Shown here: in pieces, positions 54,430 through 63,547 of the stretch
Position numbering within the stretch: position 1 is the stretch's first letter
How the letters are laid out: each line of letters begins with the position of its first letter
IMG/VR virus record: IMGVR_UViG_3300025138_000014
Coordinates: 64,001-128,000 of that record
From: a virus
DNA: 64,000 nucleotides
Reading direction: 5' to 3' (one strand)
Made by a program: the position numbers and the translations under genes
Notes under the pieces: generated by a model
The model's input: the letters and a program-made list of their open reading frames with translations, nothing else
What the model was told of the DNA's origin: nothing
Databases searched by the model: none

Positions 54430-54709
54430 TACACACGGTTTTGAAGTAGTATGTGACGAAACAAACAATACACCAGCAAGTATTGATGCTAATGAATTTT
54501 ATATTGATGTTGTGGACAAGGTTTATTTAGATATTAAGCCTCGTCCACAGCAATCTGAGGTTGTTAGGTCACTCAAAAATCAAGCGGGTGAAGAATGGAA
54601 GTCCAGATGCACTGAGCATTATGCTTGGAAAGCTGCCGAATATATTGAATTTCTTGAAAGTACAATAAGAAAGTATCAGATCAGTAATGACCCGTTTACA
54701 AAACTTTAA
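54422..54709 (+). CDS. Small protein carrying a tail-sheath C-terminal segment
   Basis: FEVVCDETNNTPASIDANEF...IKP matches gp18 FRVVCDETNNTANIIDTNQF...IKP. Confidence 0.65.
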   Translation: MINTHGFEVVCDETNNTPASIDANEFYIDVVDKVYLDIKPRPQQSEVVRSLKNQAGEEWKSRCTEHYAWKAAEYIEFLESTIRKYQISNDPFTKL

Positions 54710-54890
54710 GGCTTGGTTCAAACATTTAAAACAAGAAGGTATCAAAATGTACGGTGAAGATCAAAGCGATCTTGGTTGGTATGGAAAATATAACAATATG
54801 AATTGTTGTATATGGGCTTTCCATAATTCTGGCACTCACTTTACTAACGGTACATATTTTAAAAAAGGAAAAAGAATTGAGCAAAAATAA
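54687..54890 (+). CDS. Hypothetical protein
   Basis: ORF in operon context. Confidence 0.5.
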   Translation: MTRLQNFKAWFKHLKQEGIKMYGEDQSDLGWYGKYNNMNCCIWAFHNSGTHFTNGTYFKKGKRIEQK

Positions 54891-55029
54891 AATACATCAC
54901 TTGGTCTGTCCGGTATGTGAATATGAATGTTATATAGAACCTATTAATGATAAAGATCCGCCTGAACATTGTCCTATGTGTTCTGCTGTAGTTTCAATGG
55001 AATCAGATGACGAAGATGATTGGGAATAA
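54877..55029 (+). CDS. 50-aa zinc-ribbon protein (TTG start; not in ORF track)
   Basis: AAGGA SD; CPVC...HCPMC and acidic tail. Confidence 0.65.
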   Translation: MSKNKIHHLVCPVCEYECYIEPINDKDPPEHCPMCSAVVSMESDDEDDWE

Positions 55030-55046
55030 CCAATATAGATAATTAC

Positions 55047-55475
55047 ATGTGGATTTATAATGAAAAAGAATTTAAGCCTACACAAGACGATTTACAGTCT
55101 TGGGTAGGTTTTGTGTATCTGATTACTGATACCGCTAACAGTAAAAAGTATATTGGTAAAAAACTATTTTGGTCTACAAGGAGACTAAAACCATTAAAGG
55201 GAAAGACACGAAAACGGGTTCAAGTTAAAGAATCAGATTGGACGACATATCATGGCTCAAGCGAAGAAGTGAAAGCATTAGTTGAAAACTCTGATCCTTC
55301 AAGATGGAAACGTGAAATAATTAGACTTTGTAAAGCAAAAGGGGAGATGAGTTACTATGAAACAAAAGAACAATTTGATAGACACGTGCTATTTTCTGAT
55401 GAATATTACAATGAATTTATCGGTTGTAAAATTCACTCGCGCCATGTAAAGGGTAAGTGTGATGATCCAATATGA
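55047..55475 (+). CDS. Short GIY-YIG nuclease
   Basis: GFVYLIT...KKYIGKK, ESDW..Y.GSS, E...QF, YYN. Confidence 0.8.
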   Translation: MWIYNEKEFKPTQDDLQSWVGFVYLITDTANSKKYIGKKLFWSTRRLKPLKGKTRKRVQVKESDWTTYHGSSEEVKALVENSDPSRWKREIIRLCKAKGEMSYYETKEQFDRHVLFSDEYYNEFIGCKIHSRHVKGKCDDPI

Positions 55476-55743
55476 CTGTGAAATACAAGATATGGGCCCA
55501 GAAGAAATAAAAGAAGCCAATCGTTTAATGTGGCTTGTCAAAGGACAACTTTGTCCGATAGAGTACAGTAAAAAAGATATTCACGGTGTATTTCGAGGGT
55601 ATTTTAAAAGGCTTTGGTGTAACAATGAAAGAAGTGAATATGCCGAAGATGGATTTGAAGAGGCTTGGAACCAAAGGCAATGGTACCTGGCAGAAAAAGA
55701 ACAAGAAGAAATAGATACAATATGTATTAGATCAATGGATTAA
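55459..55743 (+). CDS. Hypothetical protein
   Basis: ORF in operon context. Confidence 0.55.
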   Translation: MMIQYDCEIQDMGPEEIKEANRLMWLVKGQLCPIEYSKKDIHGVFRGYFKRLWCNNERSEYAEDGFEEAWNQRQWYLAEKEQEEIDTICIRSMD

Positions 55744-55766
55744 ATAAAAAAAAGCGATATTAGGTG

Positions 55767-55795
55767 TTTACATATACTTTTTTATGTAGTATAAA
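55767..55795 (+). promoter_or_regulatory. Early promoter
   Basis: GTG-TTTACA-N17-TATAAA. Confidence 0.75.
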
Positions 55796-55830
55796 AGTTA
55801 TAGCAAAACAACTTAAAGAGAGACAAGAAA

Positions 55831-56262
55831 ATGTTTGACCTAATCTCAGATCTCCACAAAGAAGTTTACGGATTCCGCCCTACTCAAGATTGGTGGGTGG
55901 ATTGGAATAACTCTTCAGATTCCCAGAAAGAAAAAATCTGGGATGAGTATAATCGTGTTAATGAGTTACAGATAGTAGAAGCGACTCAACGTGAAGAAAA
56001 AAACTTGCAAGATTTTAAATCTAATATTGCAAAGATGATGTTTGATCATAACTTGACTAAATTAGATGCCGTCCGCTGGTGGATTGAAGCCGAAGGTTTA
56101 AATGAGACTGATCTTATGTATGGATCAAGCTACATTAACTACAGCCACAATCTGCCATATCAGAATGATATGAATGAGATTATAGACGAAGCTTGTTCAG
56201 ATCGAGTGCGTGAAATTTATGCCGCTGAAGAAGCAGAATATTCAGCTTTACAATACTCTTAA
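55831..56262 (+). CDS. Acidic early hypothetical protein
   Basis: ISDLHKEVYGFRP motif; own promoter. Confidence 0.7.
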   Translation: MFDLISDLHKEVYGFRPTQDWWVDWNNSSDSQKEKIWDEYNRVNELQIVEATQREEKNLQDFKSNIAKMMFDHNLTKLDAVRWWIEAEGLNETDLMYGSSYINYSHNLPYQNDMNEIIDEACSDRVREIYAAEEAEYSALQYS

Positions 56263-56275
56263 ATTGTGTTATAAT
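56247..56275 (+). promoter_or_regulatory. Early promoter
   Basis: TTTACA-N17-TATAAT. Confidence 0.75.
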
Positions 56276-56295
56276 AAGATTATAGGAGATACACA

Positions 56296-56451
56296 ATGGA
56301 ATGGACTATAAAAGCATACCACTGGAAAGATGGATCCAATCACATGGTTCAGTGGGCTAGTGGATTAAGTCACTCTCATGCAGCAAAGATGTTTAAACAA
56401 CTGCATGATCGGAAAGAATTTGCAATGATAACTATGAAAGAAAATAAATGA
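56296..56451 (+). CDS. 51-aa hypothetical (not in ORF track)
   Basis: AGGAG SD; ATGA overlap with rnh. Confidence 0.6.
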   Translation: MEWTIKAYHWKDGSNHMVQWASGLSHSHAAKMFKQLHDRKEFAMITMKENK

Positions 56452-57299
56452 TTTTACTTGATTTTTCAGGCGTGTCTATTGCGCCTATTGCTATGGGAGC
56501 TGCTCAGGTTGACGAGCATCTAATTCGTCATATGGTTCTAAATAGTATTCGTATGTATAAGCAAAAGTTTAAAGAATACGGAGATATGGTTATTGTATGC
56601 GATGCTGGTGGTAACTGGCGCAAAGATGAATACCCAGAATATAAAGGCAATCGTAAAAACTCCAGACAGGAGTCAAATATTGACTGGGATGAGGCTTTCC
56701 GTATTCTTAATATGGTAAGAGATGAGATTACCGAGAACCTTCCATATAAAGTAATCCATCAATGGGGCTGTGAAGCAGATGACTCAATTGCCGAGATTGT
56801 TAAATGGACTCAAGAGTTTGGTAACTATGAAGAAGTTATGATTGTATCAGCTGACCGTGACTTTAAACAGTTACAGAAGTTTGATAATGTGAAGCAGTAT
56901 TCTAATATTACTAAAAAGTTTGTTAAAGAACCAAATCCACGTCTGTTCTTACAAGAACATATCTTGACTGGCTGCAGTGGTGATGGTGTACCAAATGTTT
57001 TATCTGATGATGATACACTAATTAATCCAGATAAGCGTCAACCACCATTAACTAAAAAGAAGAAAGAAGCATTACTTGAAGATCCTCGGGCTCTTGGCGA
57101 TACTGTATATAGAAATTGGTGCCGAAACAAGAAGATGATTGACTTGACAGAAGAGTCACAGTGCCCAGAAGTAGTAAAAACAGAAATTATAAATACTTTT
57201 GAATCACAAGACAACATGTCTAAAAAGAGTAAGGTTTTACCATACTTGATTCAAAAAAGATGTAGATTATTAATTGAATGTGTAGAGGAATTTTTTTAA
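56448..57299 (+). CDS. rnh: T4-type RNase H (5'-3' flap exonuclease)
   Basis: ILLD, WRK..YP.YK.NR, EADD, SADRDF.QL, DGVPN.LSDD. Confidence 0.92.
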   Translation: MILLDFSGVSIAPIAMGAAQVDEHLIRHMVLNSIRMYKQKFKEYGDMVIVCDAGGNWRKDEYPEYKGNRKNSRQESNIDWDEAFRILNMVRDEITENLPYKVIHQWGCEADDSIAEIVKWTQEFGNYEEVMIVSADRDFKQLQKFDNVKQYSNITKKFVKEPNPRLFLQEHILTGCSGDGVPNVLSDDDTLINPDKRQPPLTKKKKEALLEDPRALGDTVYRNWCRNKKMIDLTEESQCPEVVKTEIINTFESQDNMSKKSKVLPYLIQKRCRLLIECVEEFF

Positions 57300-57751
57300 T
57301 GAAATTGGTTCATGAAGTGTTAGAGCTGTTACAAAAACAGCAAACAAAAGTAGAAAAAGTTAATGTGCTAAAGTCCAATGAGACTTGGGCACTAAAAGAT
57401 ATATTAAGAGGATCTATTGACAGTACAGTAGAGTGGGCGTTGCCAGCAGGCTCTCCACCCTATGTCGCAAATAGACCAGAGTCCACCCCATCAAACTTAC
57501 TCAAGCAGAATGTAAAATTTAAATATTTTGTAAAGGGTGGACAATACGTGAATATGAAACAGGTAAAGCGTGAGAAACTCTTTATTGAAGTGCTTGAGTC
57601 AATTCACCCTAAAGATGCAGAATTAGTTGTAAACATGGTTTCTAAGCCTGAAGCTAAAGGCGGATGGTATGATCTAGGTTCATGCAAGATTACAAGACCT
57701 ATGATTAATGAAGCCTTTCCTGACTTGCTGCAAGATAATAATAAGGAATGA
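57299..57751 (+). CDS. Conserved T4-like hypothetical (DUF6433-like)
   Basis: W.LP.G.PPY, KRE.LFI..LE.IHP.DAEL, AFP.L. Confidence 0.7.
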   Translation: MKLVHEVLELLQKQQTKVEKVNVLKSNETWALKDILRGSIDSTVEWALPAGSPPYVANRPESTPSNLLKQNVKFKYFVKGGQYVNMKQVKREKLFIEVLESIHPKDAELVVNMVSKPEAKGGWYDLGSCKITRPMINEAFPDLLQDNNKE

Positions 57752-57758
57752 CAAATAC

Positions 57759-57932
57759 ATGGTATCAGCTCAAATTGAACGATTGAAAAAAGATTCAAGG
57801 GAACTAAGTCAGTATTCAAGAAAATTAGAAAAAAAAGGAAGACATGATTTGAAACACAAAATAGACGTTAAACAAGACTACCTAGATCAAGTCATTGCTG
57901 ATATCGAGGAACAAAAAAATACTTTTAATTAG
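57759..57932 (+). CDS. Hypothetical coiled-coil protein
   Basis: ORF in operon context. Confidence 0.5.
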   Translation: MVSAQIERLKKDSRELSQYSRKLEKKGRHDLKHKIDVKQDYLDQVIADIEEQKNTFN

Positions 57933-57935
57933 GGG

Positions 57936-57964
57936 TTTACAATTAACATTATAGCTGATATAGT
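57936..57964 (+). promoter_or_regulatory. Early promoter
   Basis: GGGG-TTTACA-N17-TATAGT. Confidence 0.75.
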
Positions 57965-57994
57965 TAGTATAACAAAACAGCAACAGGTGAAAAC

Positions 57995-58558
57995 ATGAAT
58001 ATATTTGTATTAGATAATAACCCTATAAAAGCAGCACAACTGCAGTGCGATAAGCACGTAGTAAAAATGATCGTGGAGAGTGCACAGATGCTCTCCACGG
58101 CTCATCGTATGCTAGATGGTATAGAAACCAAAAAGCTGTCTAAATCAGGCAAACGTATGGTAAAATATTGGACTATGGAAGACGAGCTGAAAGAAAATAC
58201 TTTGTATAAAGCAGTTCACTTTGCTCATCCTTGTACTGTATGGTCTATGGAATCAGTCCAAAATTATATCTGGCACTACGATCACTTCGATGCTCTTTGT
58301 ATCGAGTACACATATCGCTACAGAAAAGTTCACGCAACTCAAACCAAGCTTGCAGATATGTTATCTATTCCCCCACGTAATTTGCCATCGGTAGGTCTTA
58401 CTCCATTCCGTTTAGCTATGCAACACCAACCACAGTGTATCAACGAGGCTGATCCAGTACAGTCTTACAAAGATTATTATCAGACTAAGCAAGAGAATTT
58501 CAAAATGGCTTGGACTGGTCGTAATATCCCGGAGTGGTTTAATGTGGCTGCAGCCTAA
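57995..58558 (+). CDS. Pyrimidine-dimer DNA glycosylase-like protein (DenV superfamily)
   Basis: MNIFVLD, CDKHVVKMIVESAQMLSTAH, H..HPCT.W, EYTYRY.K.H. Confidence 0.7.
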   Translation: MNIFVLDNNPIKAAQLQCDKHVVKMIVESAQMLSTAHRMLDGIETKKLSKSGKRMVKYWTMEDELKENTLYKAVHFAHPCTVWSMESVQNYIWHYDHFDALCIEYTYRYRKVHATQTKLADMLSIPPRNLPSVGLTPFRLAMQHQPQCINEADPVQSYKDYYQTKQENFKMAWTGRNIPEWFNVAAA

Positions 58559-58784
58559 TTATACAACTATAGATGAAATCAAAATCGGTAAGATAGTGGG
58601 TACAAATGGTCCACTGCCTTATCCAAAGAAACTTGGTACTCATTTAAGGCTCGTGGAAACGGAGACAGGGATGAGATATATACAACTATATTCAACCCTT
58701 TCAAAGCAGTGGAATATAATGTACAGATATGAAATAGAAGCATCTTGGAAACAATGGAAAAAACATGCCAACATACACGATTAG
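58542..58784 (+). CDS. Hypothetical protein
   Basis: GGAG SD; overlapping operon context. Confidence 0.55.
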   Translation: MWLQPNYTTIDEIKIGKIVGTNGPLPYPKKLGTHLRLVETETGMRYIQLYSTLSKQWNIMYRYEIEASWKQWKKHANIHD

Positions 58785-58995
58785 AAATGAGAAAACAGGT
58801 ATTGAAGAAACAGTAATTTGTTCTTGGAAAGATTTACAAGCAATAACTAATTCAGAACATATAACTCATGTCTTGAAACCACTACAAATAATTTCTAGCA
58901 CAGGAAGCCTTGGATCAAAACGACCTGATGGATTTACTGATGTTCTTAAAGAAATGAAGAAAAAAGCCGGCCGGGGAAACACTATAAAGATTTGA
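58765..58995 (+). CDS. FmdB-like small protein (Cys ligands largely lost)
   Basis: MPTYT...TG, GF.DVL..MKK; precedes phoH as in T4-likes. Confidence 0.55.
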   Translation: MPTYTIRNEKTGIEETVICSWKDLQAITNSEHITHVLKPLQIISSTGSLGSKRPDGFTDVLKEMKKKAGRGNTIKI

Positions 58996-59003
58996 GAAGT
59001 ATT

Positions 59004-59696
59004 ATGAGCAGAAAAACTACTAAGTCAATGACTATTCGTCTTGATGATCTACCTTCTTTCGAACCAAAAACAGAGAATCAAAGCATTGCATGTGATTCTT
59101 GGGATGAAAATGATAATCTAATACTAGCTGGATCAGCTGGTACTGGTAAAACATATCTCGCTATGTCTTTAGGACTTGAAGAGGTATTAGATAAAGAAAC
59201 TCCATATAAAAATTTAACAATCGTGAGATCAATTGTTCCGACACGAGACATTGGTTTTTTACCTGGTAACGAAGAAGAAAAGAAAGATGCTTACACAGCA
59301 CCATATCGTGGAATCCTAACAGAAATTTTAGGTGATAAGGACGCTTGGAGTAAACTTAATCAAACTGGTTCTATATCATTTGAATCAACATCGTTTATTC
59401 GTGGTATTACATTTACCGACTCAATTATCATTGTAGATGAAATGCAGAATTTAACATTTCATGAACTTGACTCAGTGATAACACGTCTAGGTGATAATTG
59501 CAGAATTATTTTCTGCGGTGATTATCAGCAATCAGATTTTCGCTTTAAAGACGAGAAGGAGGGTTTAGTACCGTTTATAAACATTTTAGAGCAACTGAAA
59601 CACTTCACACTAATTAGTTTTGGTTGGGAAGATATTGTGCGGTCGGGAATCGTGCGAGATTATATCATGACAAAGGAGATGATGGGAATAGTCTGA
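59004..59696 (+). CDS. phoH: PhoH-like ATPase
   Basis: GSAGTGKT, IGFLPG, FIRGITF, VDEMQN, GD..QSD, DIVRSG. Confidence 0.93.
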   Translation: MSRKTTKSMTIRLDDLPSFEPKTENQSIACDSWDENDNLILAGSAGTGKTYLAMSLGLEEVLDKETPYKNLTIVRSIVPTRDIGFLPGNEEEKKDAYTAPYRGILTEILGDKDAWSKLNQTGSISFESTSFIRGITFTDSIIIVDEMQNLTFHELDSVITRLGDNCRIIFCGDYQQSDFRFKDEKEGLVPFINILEQLKHFTLISFGWEDIVRSGIVRDYIMTKEMMGIV

Positions 59697-59887
59697 TGTC
59701 CAAATTTACTAGATTCGATCCAAGAAACAAAAAGAAAAACAGAAACAAGTACAATTCAATAGAAAAACATTTTCCTAAAATAAAAGACAAACAAGTTGTA
59801 CTTAGAAAGTTAAATTATGAAATTCTTACACCAGAAAATACCGTTGGGGTATCTGGACCTGACGGCGGAGACCCTTCCAAAGGGTAG
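59696..59887 (+). CDS. Small basic hypothetical
   Basis: TGATG coupling with phoH; MSKFTRFDPRNKKK; 3' part overlaps the next gene. Confidence 0.4.
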   Translation: MSKFTRFDPRNKKKNRNKYNSIEKHFPKIKDKQVVLRKLNYEILTPENTVGVSGPDGGDPSKG

Positions 59888-60488
59888 AACATATACCGAT
59901 CCAGATGGTAACAAATATCCGAGTATTACTACAGTCCTTGGTATTCTTTCACGTGACTCCATCGCAGCATGGAAAAAACGTGTTGGAGAAGAGGAAGCAA
60001 ATAAGATTTCTTATAAAGCATCTAGTCGTGGTACCGCTGTTCACGACATTGTAGAGAAATATTTGAACAACGAGGATACAGGTAAAACCATGCCGCATAT
60101 CCAAGCCAGCTTATCTAATTTAAAACCCATTTTAAATAGAATTGATGTTATATATGGTCAAGAAGTACCGCTATATTCTAAGCATCTTGGAGTTGCTGGT
60201 AGAGTTGACTGTGTCGGTAAATTTGATGGTGTTCCATCCATAATTGATTTTAAAACATCCAAAAGAGTAAAGAAGCGAGAATGGTGTAAAGGTTACTTTA
60301 TGCAAGAAGCAGCTTATGCTATCATGTGGGAAGAAAGAACTGGAATGCCTATTCCAAATCTGGTTACCATAATGGATGTAGATAATGAGGATCCATTAGT
60401 CTTTATAGAGCATAGAGATCAGTGGGTACCAAAGTTATTTGAAACAATTGAATTATATCGTGAAGATATGAGAAAAAGACCACTTTAG
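59817..60488 (+). CDS. PD-(D/E)XK exonuclease
   Basis: YPSITTVL, RGTAVH, E..L, AGRVDC, IIDFKTS, Q..AYA. Confidence 0.88.
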   Translation: MKFLHQKIPLGYLDLTAETLPKGRTYTDPDGNKYPSITTVLGILSRDSIAAWKKRVGEEEANKISYKASSRGTAVHDIVEKYLNNEDTGKTMPHIQASLSNLKPILNRIDVIYGQEVPLYSKHLGVAGRVDCVGKFDGVPSIIDFKTSKRVKKREWCKGYFMQEAAYAIMWEERTGMPIPNLVTIMDVDNEDPLVFIEHRDQWVPKLFETIELYREDMRKRPL

Positions 60489-60491
60489 TTG

Positions 60492-60520
60492 TTTACAAGC
60501 CTTTCATAGTATAGTATAGT
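60492..60520 (+). promoter_or_regulatory. Early promoter
   Basis: GTTTACA-N17-TATAGT. Confidence 0.75.
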
Positions 60521-60544
60521 TAATTATCAACAGAGAGAGAAAGT

Positions 60545-60730
60545 ATGACTATGAATGAAATACAAGATGAAGTCAACCGTATCTATGCTTTACCTACGCC
60601 CGGTTCACTGCAAGGTATTATTGAGAAAGAGTTTTATGACTGGGCTGTAGATGCAGGTGTGTGGGTTCCAAGCGGACCATCACATAATGAAATTATGAAA
60701 CAATTTGTACAACATAAAGGATGGAACTAA
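60545..60730 (+). CDS. Hypothetical protein
   Basis: Follows an early promoter. Confidence 0.55.
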   Translation: MTMNEIQDEVNRIYALPTPGSLQGIIEKEFYDWAVDAGVWVPSGPSHNEIMKQFVQHKGWN

Positions 60731-60918
60731 TGACACCTAAAATTAACCCATTATGGATTGTGTTCACAGTATTTTTTGGTGGACTTGGTATTTGGCTTAT
60801 TGCGCTAGACTCGCTCGCAGGTTACTTAATGTGCTTTGGTGTATTAGGTTGGTTGTTCATAGCAAATAATACAGATCAATTGTTTATTGAAGACGATGAT
60901 GAAGAGGAAGATTATTAA
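60721..60918 (+). CDS. Small two-TM membrane protein with acidic tail
   Basis: Two hydrophobic helices, then EDDDEEEDY. Confidence 0.55.
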   Translation: MELMTPKINPLWIVFTVFFGGLGIWLIALDSLAGYLMCFGVLGWLFIANNTDQLFIEDDDEEEDY

Positions 60919-60920
60919 TT

Positions 60921-61517
60921 ATGTATGACTTGGAAAAAGTAATCTTAACAGATTGCGATGGCGTATTCCTTAATTGGGAGTACGCTTTTATCACCTGGAT
61001 GAATCAACACGGTTATGAGGAAGTTCAAACTATTGGTACAGCACAATATGATGTATCAAAGAGGTTCGGTATATCTCGTGAAAAAGGTAAAGAGTTGGTA
61101 AAATTCTTTAATGAATCGGCTGCAATTGGTTTTCTCCCTCCGTTACGTGATGCAATGTATTATGTAGATTTGCTTCATAGAAAGCATGGCTACCAATTTC
61201 ATATGATCACATCACTGTCTCTTGATAAGAATGCGCACCAACTCCGTATAAATAACATTAAGAAGTTATTTGGAGAAACTGCATTTTCTGAATATATCTT
61301 CTTGGATACAGGCGAAGATAAGGATCGTATTCTAAGTCAGTATGAAGGCACTAATTATCTTTGGATTGAAGATAAGGTTGAGAATGCAGTCTGTGGTGCA
61401 AAGTTCGGACTTGAGTCAGTCCTTATGGAACACGGACACAATATGAACAATACCGAATTCCCATTAATGGTTAACTGGAAAGAATTATATGAATATATCA
61501 CTGGCATCTCTGCTTAA
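60921..61517 (+). CDS. HAD 5'-nucleotidase-like protein (T4 30.2-like)
   Basis: ILTDCDGV, ITS, K, WIEDK..NA, H.HN. Confidence 0.8.
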   Translation: MYDLEKVILTDCDGVFLNWEYAFITWMNQHGYEEVQTIGTAQYDVSKRFGISREKGKELVKFFNESAAIGFLPPLRDAMYYVDLLHRKHGYQFHMITSLSLDKNAHQLRINNIKKLFGETAFSEYIFLDTGEDKDRILSQYEGTNYLWIEDKVENAVCGAKFGLESVLMEHGHNMNNTEFPLMVNWKELYEYITGISA

Positions 61518-61743
61518 TCTACGAACTCAATGGGAGCATGAAGTAGAAAATTTTAAATTTCCCGATGAAGAAAATTATAATGGTACTCTAAATAATTTGG
61601 CTTGGTTTCTAAAATATGGATATAAATCTAATAGTTTAAGACCCGGCTTTGATAATGCGATATACTTATCGGAACAAATCATAAAGGAGTGCCGACATGG
61701 CAACAAAAAGCCTAGAAAAAGGGTCACAGTGGGAACATCTTGA
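61489..61743 (+). CDS. Hypothetical protein
   Basis: ORF in operon context. Confidence 0.5.
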   Translation: MNISLASLLNLRTQWEHEVENFKFPDEENYNGTLNNLAWFLKYGYKSNSLRPGFDNAIYLSEQIIKECRHGNKKPRKRVTVGTS

Positions 61744-62074
61744 CGTAGATGGTGACGGAATAGTTAGTGATGAGGAGATAGCAATGGAACGACAGATGAT
61801 CGAACTAGCTGATCTAAAGTCAGACATGGAGAATGAAGATAAGAAACAAGACGCACAACGGAATATGGCATGGTTTGCTTTATTCGGTATGCTATTATAT
61901 CCATTCTCAGTTGTCTTGGCAGTACTGTTAAATCTAACACAAGCAGCAGAAATTCTTGGAGATATGGCTGCAGTTTACTTTGTATCAGTGGCTGCTATTG
62001 TAGCTGCATTCTATGCAAAAGAAGGTTTAACTCAAAAGAAAAAAGCAAAGCCACCAGCCAACGATAGTAGATAA
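61697..62074 (+). CDS. Two-TM membrane protein with N-terminal EF-hand-like loop (holin-like)
   Basis: AAGGAG SD; DVDGDGIVSDEE; two TM helices; basic C-tail. Confidence 0.65.
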   Translation: MATKSLEKGSQWEHLDVDGDGIVSDEEIAMERQMIELADLKSDMENEDKKQDAQRNMAWFALFGMLLYPFSVVLAVLLNLTQAAEILGDMAAVYFVSVAAIVAAFYAKEGLTQKKKAKPPANDSR

Positions 62075-62088
62075 AATGGAATTTTATA

Positions 62089-62877
62089 ATGAAGAGATTA
62101 ATATATCAGGTTTATGTAGGTAAACGATCTAAACTATATGATCACTGTGTAAAGTCAGTACAAGATTATTGTGACAAATATGGAATTGATTATCATATAC
62201 AAACTCAACCAAAGCTGAGAATCACGCCTGATGTTTTCTCTACAAATCGTAGCCCGGAGTCCTATGGACGTCTGGGCTACTTGCCTATTTATGAGAAAGA
62301 AAATGCTTTTGAATACTTAGATAAGTATGATCAAGTTGCTATTATTGATTCAGATGTTTATATTAGACCAGACGCACCTAATGTATTTGATACAATAAAT
62401 AAAGATGTTGATTTTGCAGGTGTTCTTGAAAAAGAAATGCCTTGTACTGACGAATACTTTCGTAAAATTATGAATTATTCAAGAATGCAATACTCACAAC
62501 CAAAGGCTCTGCATAACTTATTTGACTGGGGTAAAAATGGGTGTGCTGATTTCTACAATATGGGTATTATGATATTGAACAAATCTATCACTAGGTTTAT
62601 TTTTCCAGATAGCCCATTATCATTTATTAGACGACCACAGTTTAAACCTTTTGTAGATGGTCTTGGAGCATGGAAGTGGTCTACAGATCAGACATTACTA
62701 AATTTCTGGGTAAAGAAAACCGATATGAAAGTTCAAAACTTATCTTATGAATGGAATGGTTTATATTCTGCAATACCAAAAGATAAGATTAAACAAGCAC
62801 ATTTTGTACACTTTTTCTTAAAAGATAAATTACCAGAACGTGGCGAGAATGTTCCGGAGTTAATGAAGAATGTCTAA
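62089..62877 (+). CDS. GT-A glycosyltransferase (GT8-like)
   Basis: IIDSD, YNMG, TDQTLLN, WN, HFVHF. Confidence 0.75.
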   Translation: MKRLIYQVYVGKRSKLYDHCVKSVQDYCDKYGIDYHIQTQPKLRITPDVFSTNRSPESYGRLGYLPIYEKENAFEYLDKYDQVAIIDSDVYIRPDAPNVFDTINKDVDFAGVLEKEMPCTDEYFRKIMNYSRMQYSQPKALHNLFDWGKNGCADFYNMGIMILNKSITRFIFPDSPLSFIRRPQFKPFVDGLGAWKWSTDQTLLNFWVKKTDMKVQNLSYEWNGLYSAIPKDKIKQAHFVHFFLKDKLPERGENVPELMKNV

Positions 62878-63547
62878 AAATATTATCCTACAACACTTTG
62901 ATGGTGAGTTAAGAGAACTCGACAAACTATCAATGGAAAATATTAAAGCATATGCAGATAGTGTTGGTGCAGATTACCAGTTGGTTACAGGAAAGCCGTT
63001 TAGAGAACATCTAACGTCTCCGTGCCAAAAAGTATTTATGATAGATGAGAAATGGGACGAATACGACCAGGTTTTAATGTTAGACATTGATATGTTTGCA
63101 ACTAAAAAGTGTCCAGATATATTTACAACTGAAAAGGGTATTGGTCTTTATAATCCTATACAACAAGGTTTGCATAGAAAGATTGTAAATCAATACGGAA
63201 TGCAATCATCTAGAATGTCTCCATATTGGGGCGGCGCAATCTATAAAATACATAAACATATGAGACAAAGTTTGCGTAAATGTTTAGGTGGAAACGAACA
63301 ATGGATGAATGTATATAATCAGCCCTATCATTTTGAAGATGAAGGAATATTTCATACTCTTGCTATGAGAGCAGGCATTGGTTATATTTCTTCATTGAAT
63401 ATGGATCCACGTTGGTGTTATGATAACTATCTGCCCGAACCAGAGAATGCATATATGATACACATTAGAACTAAAATTACACCAAATGGACCGAAACAAG
63501 AAAAGATTAAAAATTACCAAGAAATGGTTAAAAGAGGTATATTATGA
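62870..63547 (+). CDS. GT-A glycosyltransferase-like protein
   Basis: YA..VGADY, MLDIDMF, EDEG, IH. Confidence 0.65.
   Translation: MSKNIILQHFDGELRELDKLSMENIKAYADSVGADYQLVTGKPFREHLTSPCQKVFMIDEKWDEYDQVLMLDIDMFATKKCPDIFTTEKGIGLYNPIQQGLHRKIVNQYGMQSSRMSPYWGGAIYKIHKHMRQSLRKCLGGNEQWMNVYNQPYHFEDEGIFHTLAMRAGIGYISSLNMDPRWCYDNYLPEPENAYMIHIRTKITPNGPKQEKIKNYQEMVKRGIL

Noticed and set aside
55047-55475. GIY-YIG gene as a mobile homing endonuclease
   Set aside because: Only the catalytic domain is present, with no DNA-binding extension or intron context; it looks like a conserved phage nuclease
637-57819. All minus-strand ORFs of 60 aa or more in the track (e.g. 637-1137, 4664-5125, 9830-10294, 43253-43732)
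   Set aside because: They lie antisense to well-supported + strand genes, show no recognisable motifs, and look like codon-bias shadows
59817-60488. Cas4 / CRISPR-associated nuclease
   Set aside because: Lacks the four-Cys Fe-S cluster pattern and has no cas genes or array nearby; ordinary phage exonuclease next to phoH
3634-62067. Alternate-frame + strand ORFs nested in known genes (e.g. 3634-3969, 15087-15401, 17192-17683, 61870-62067)
   Set aside because: Fully nested, Leu/Met/Lys-rich off-frame composition, no motifs; only the o-spanin overlap is supported (lipobox)
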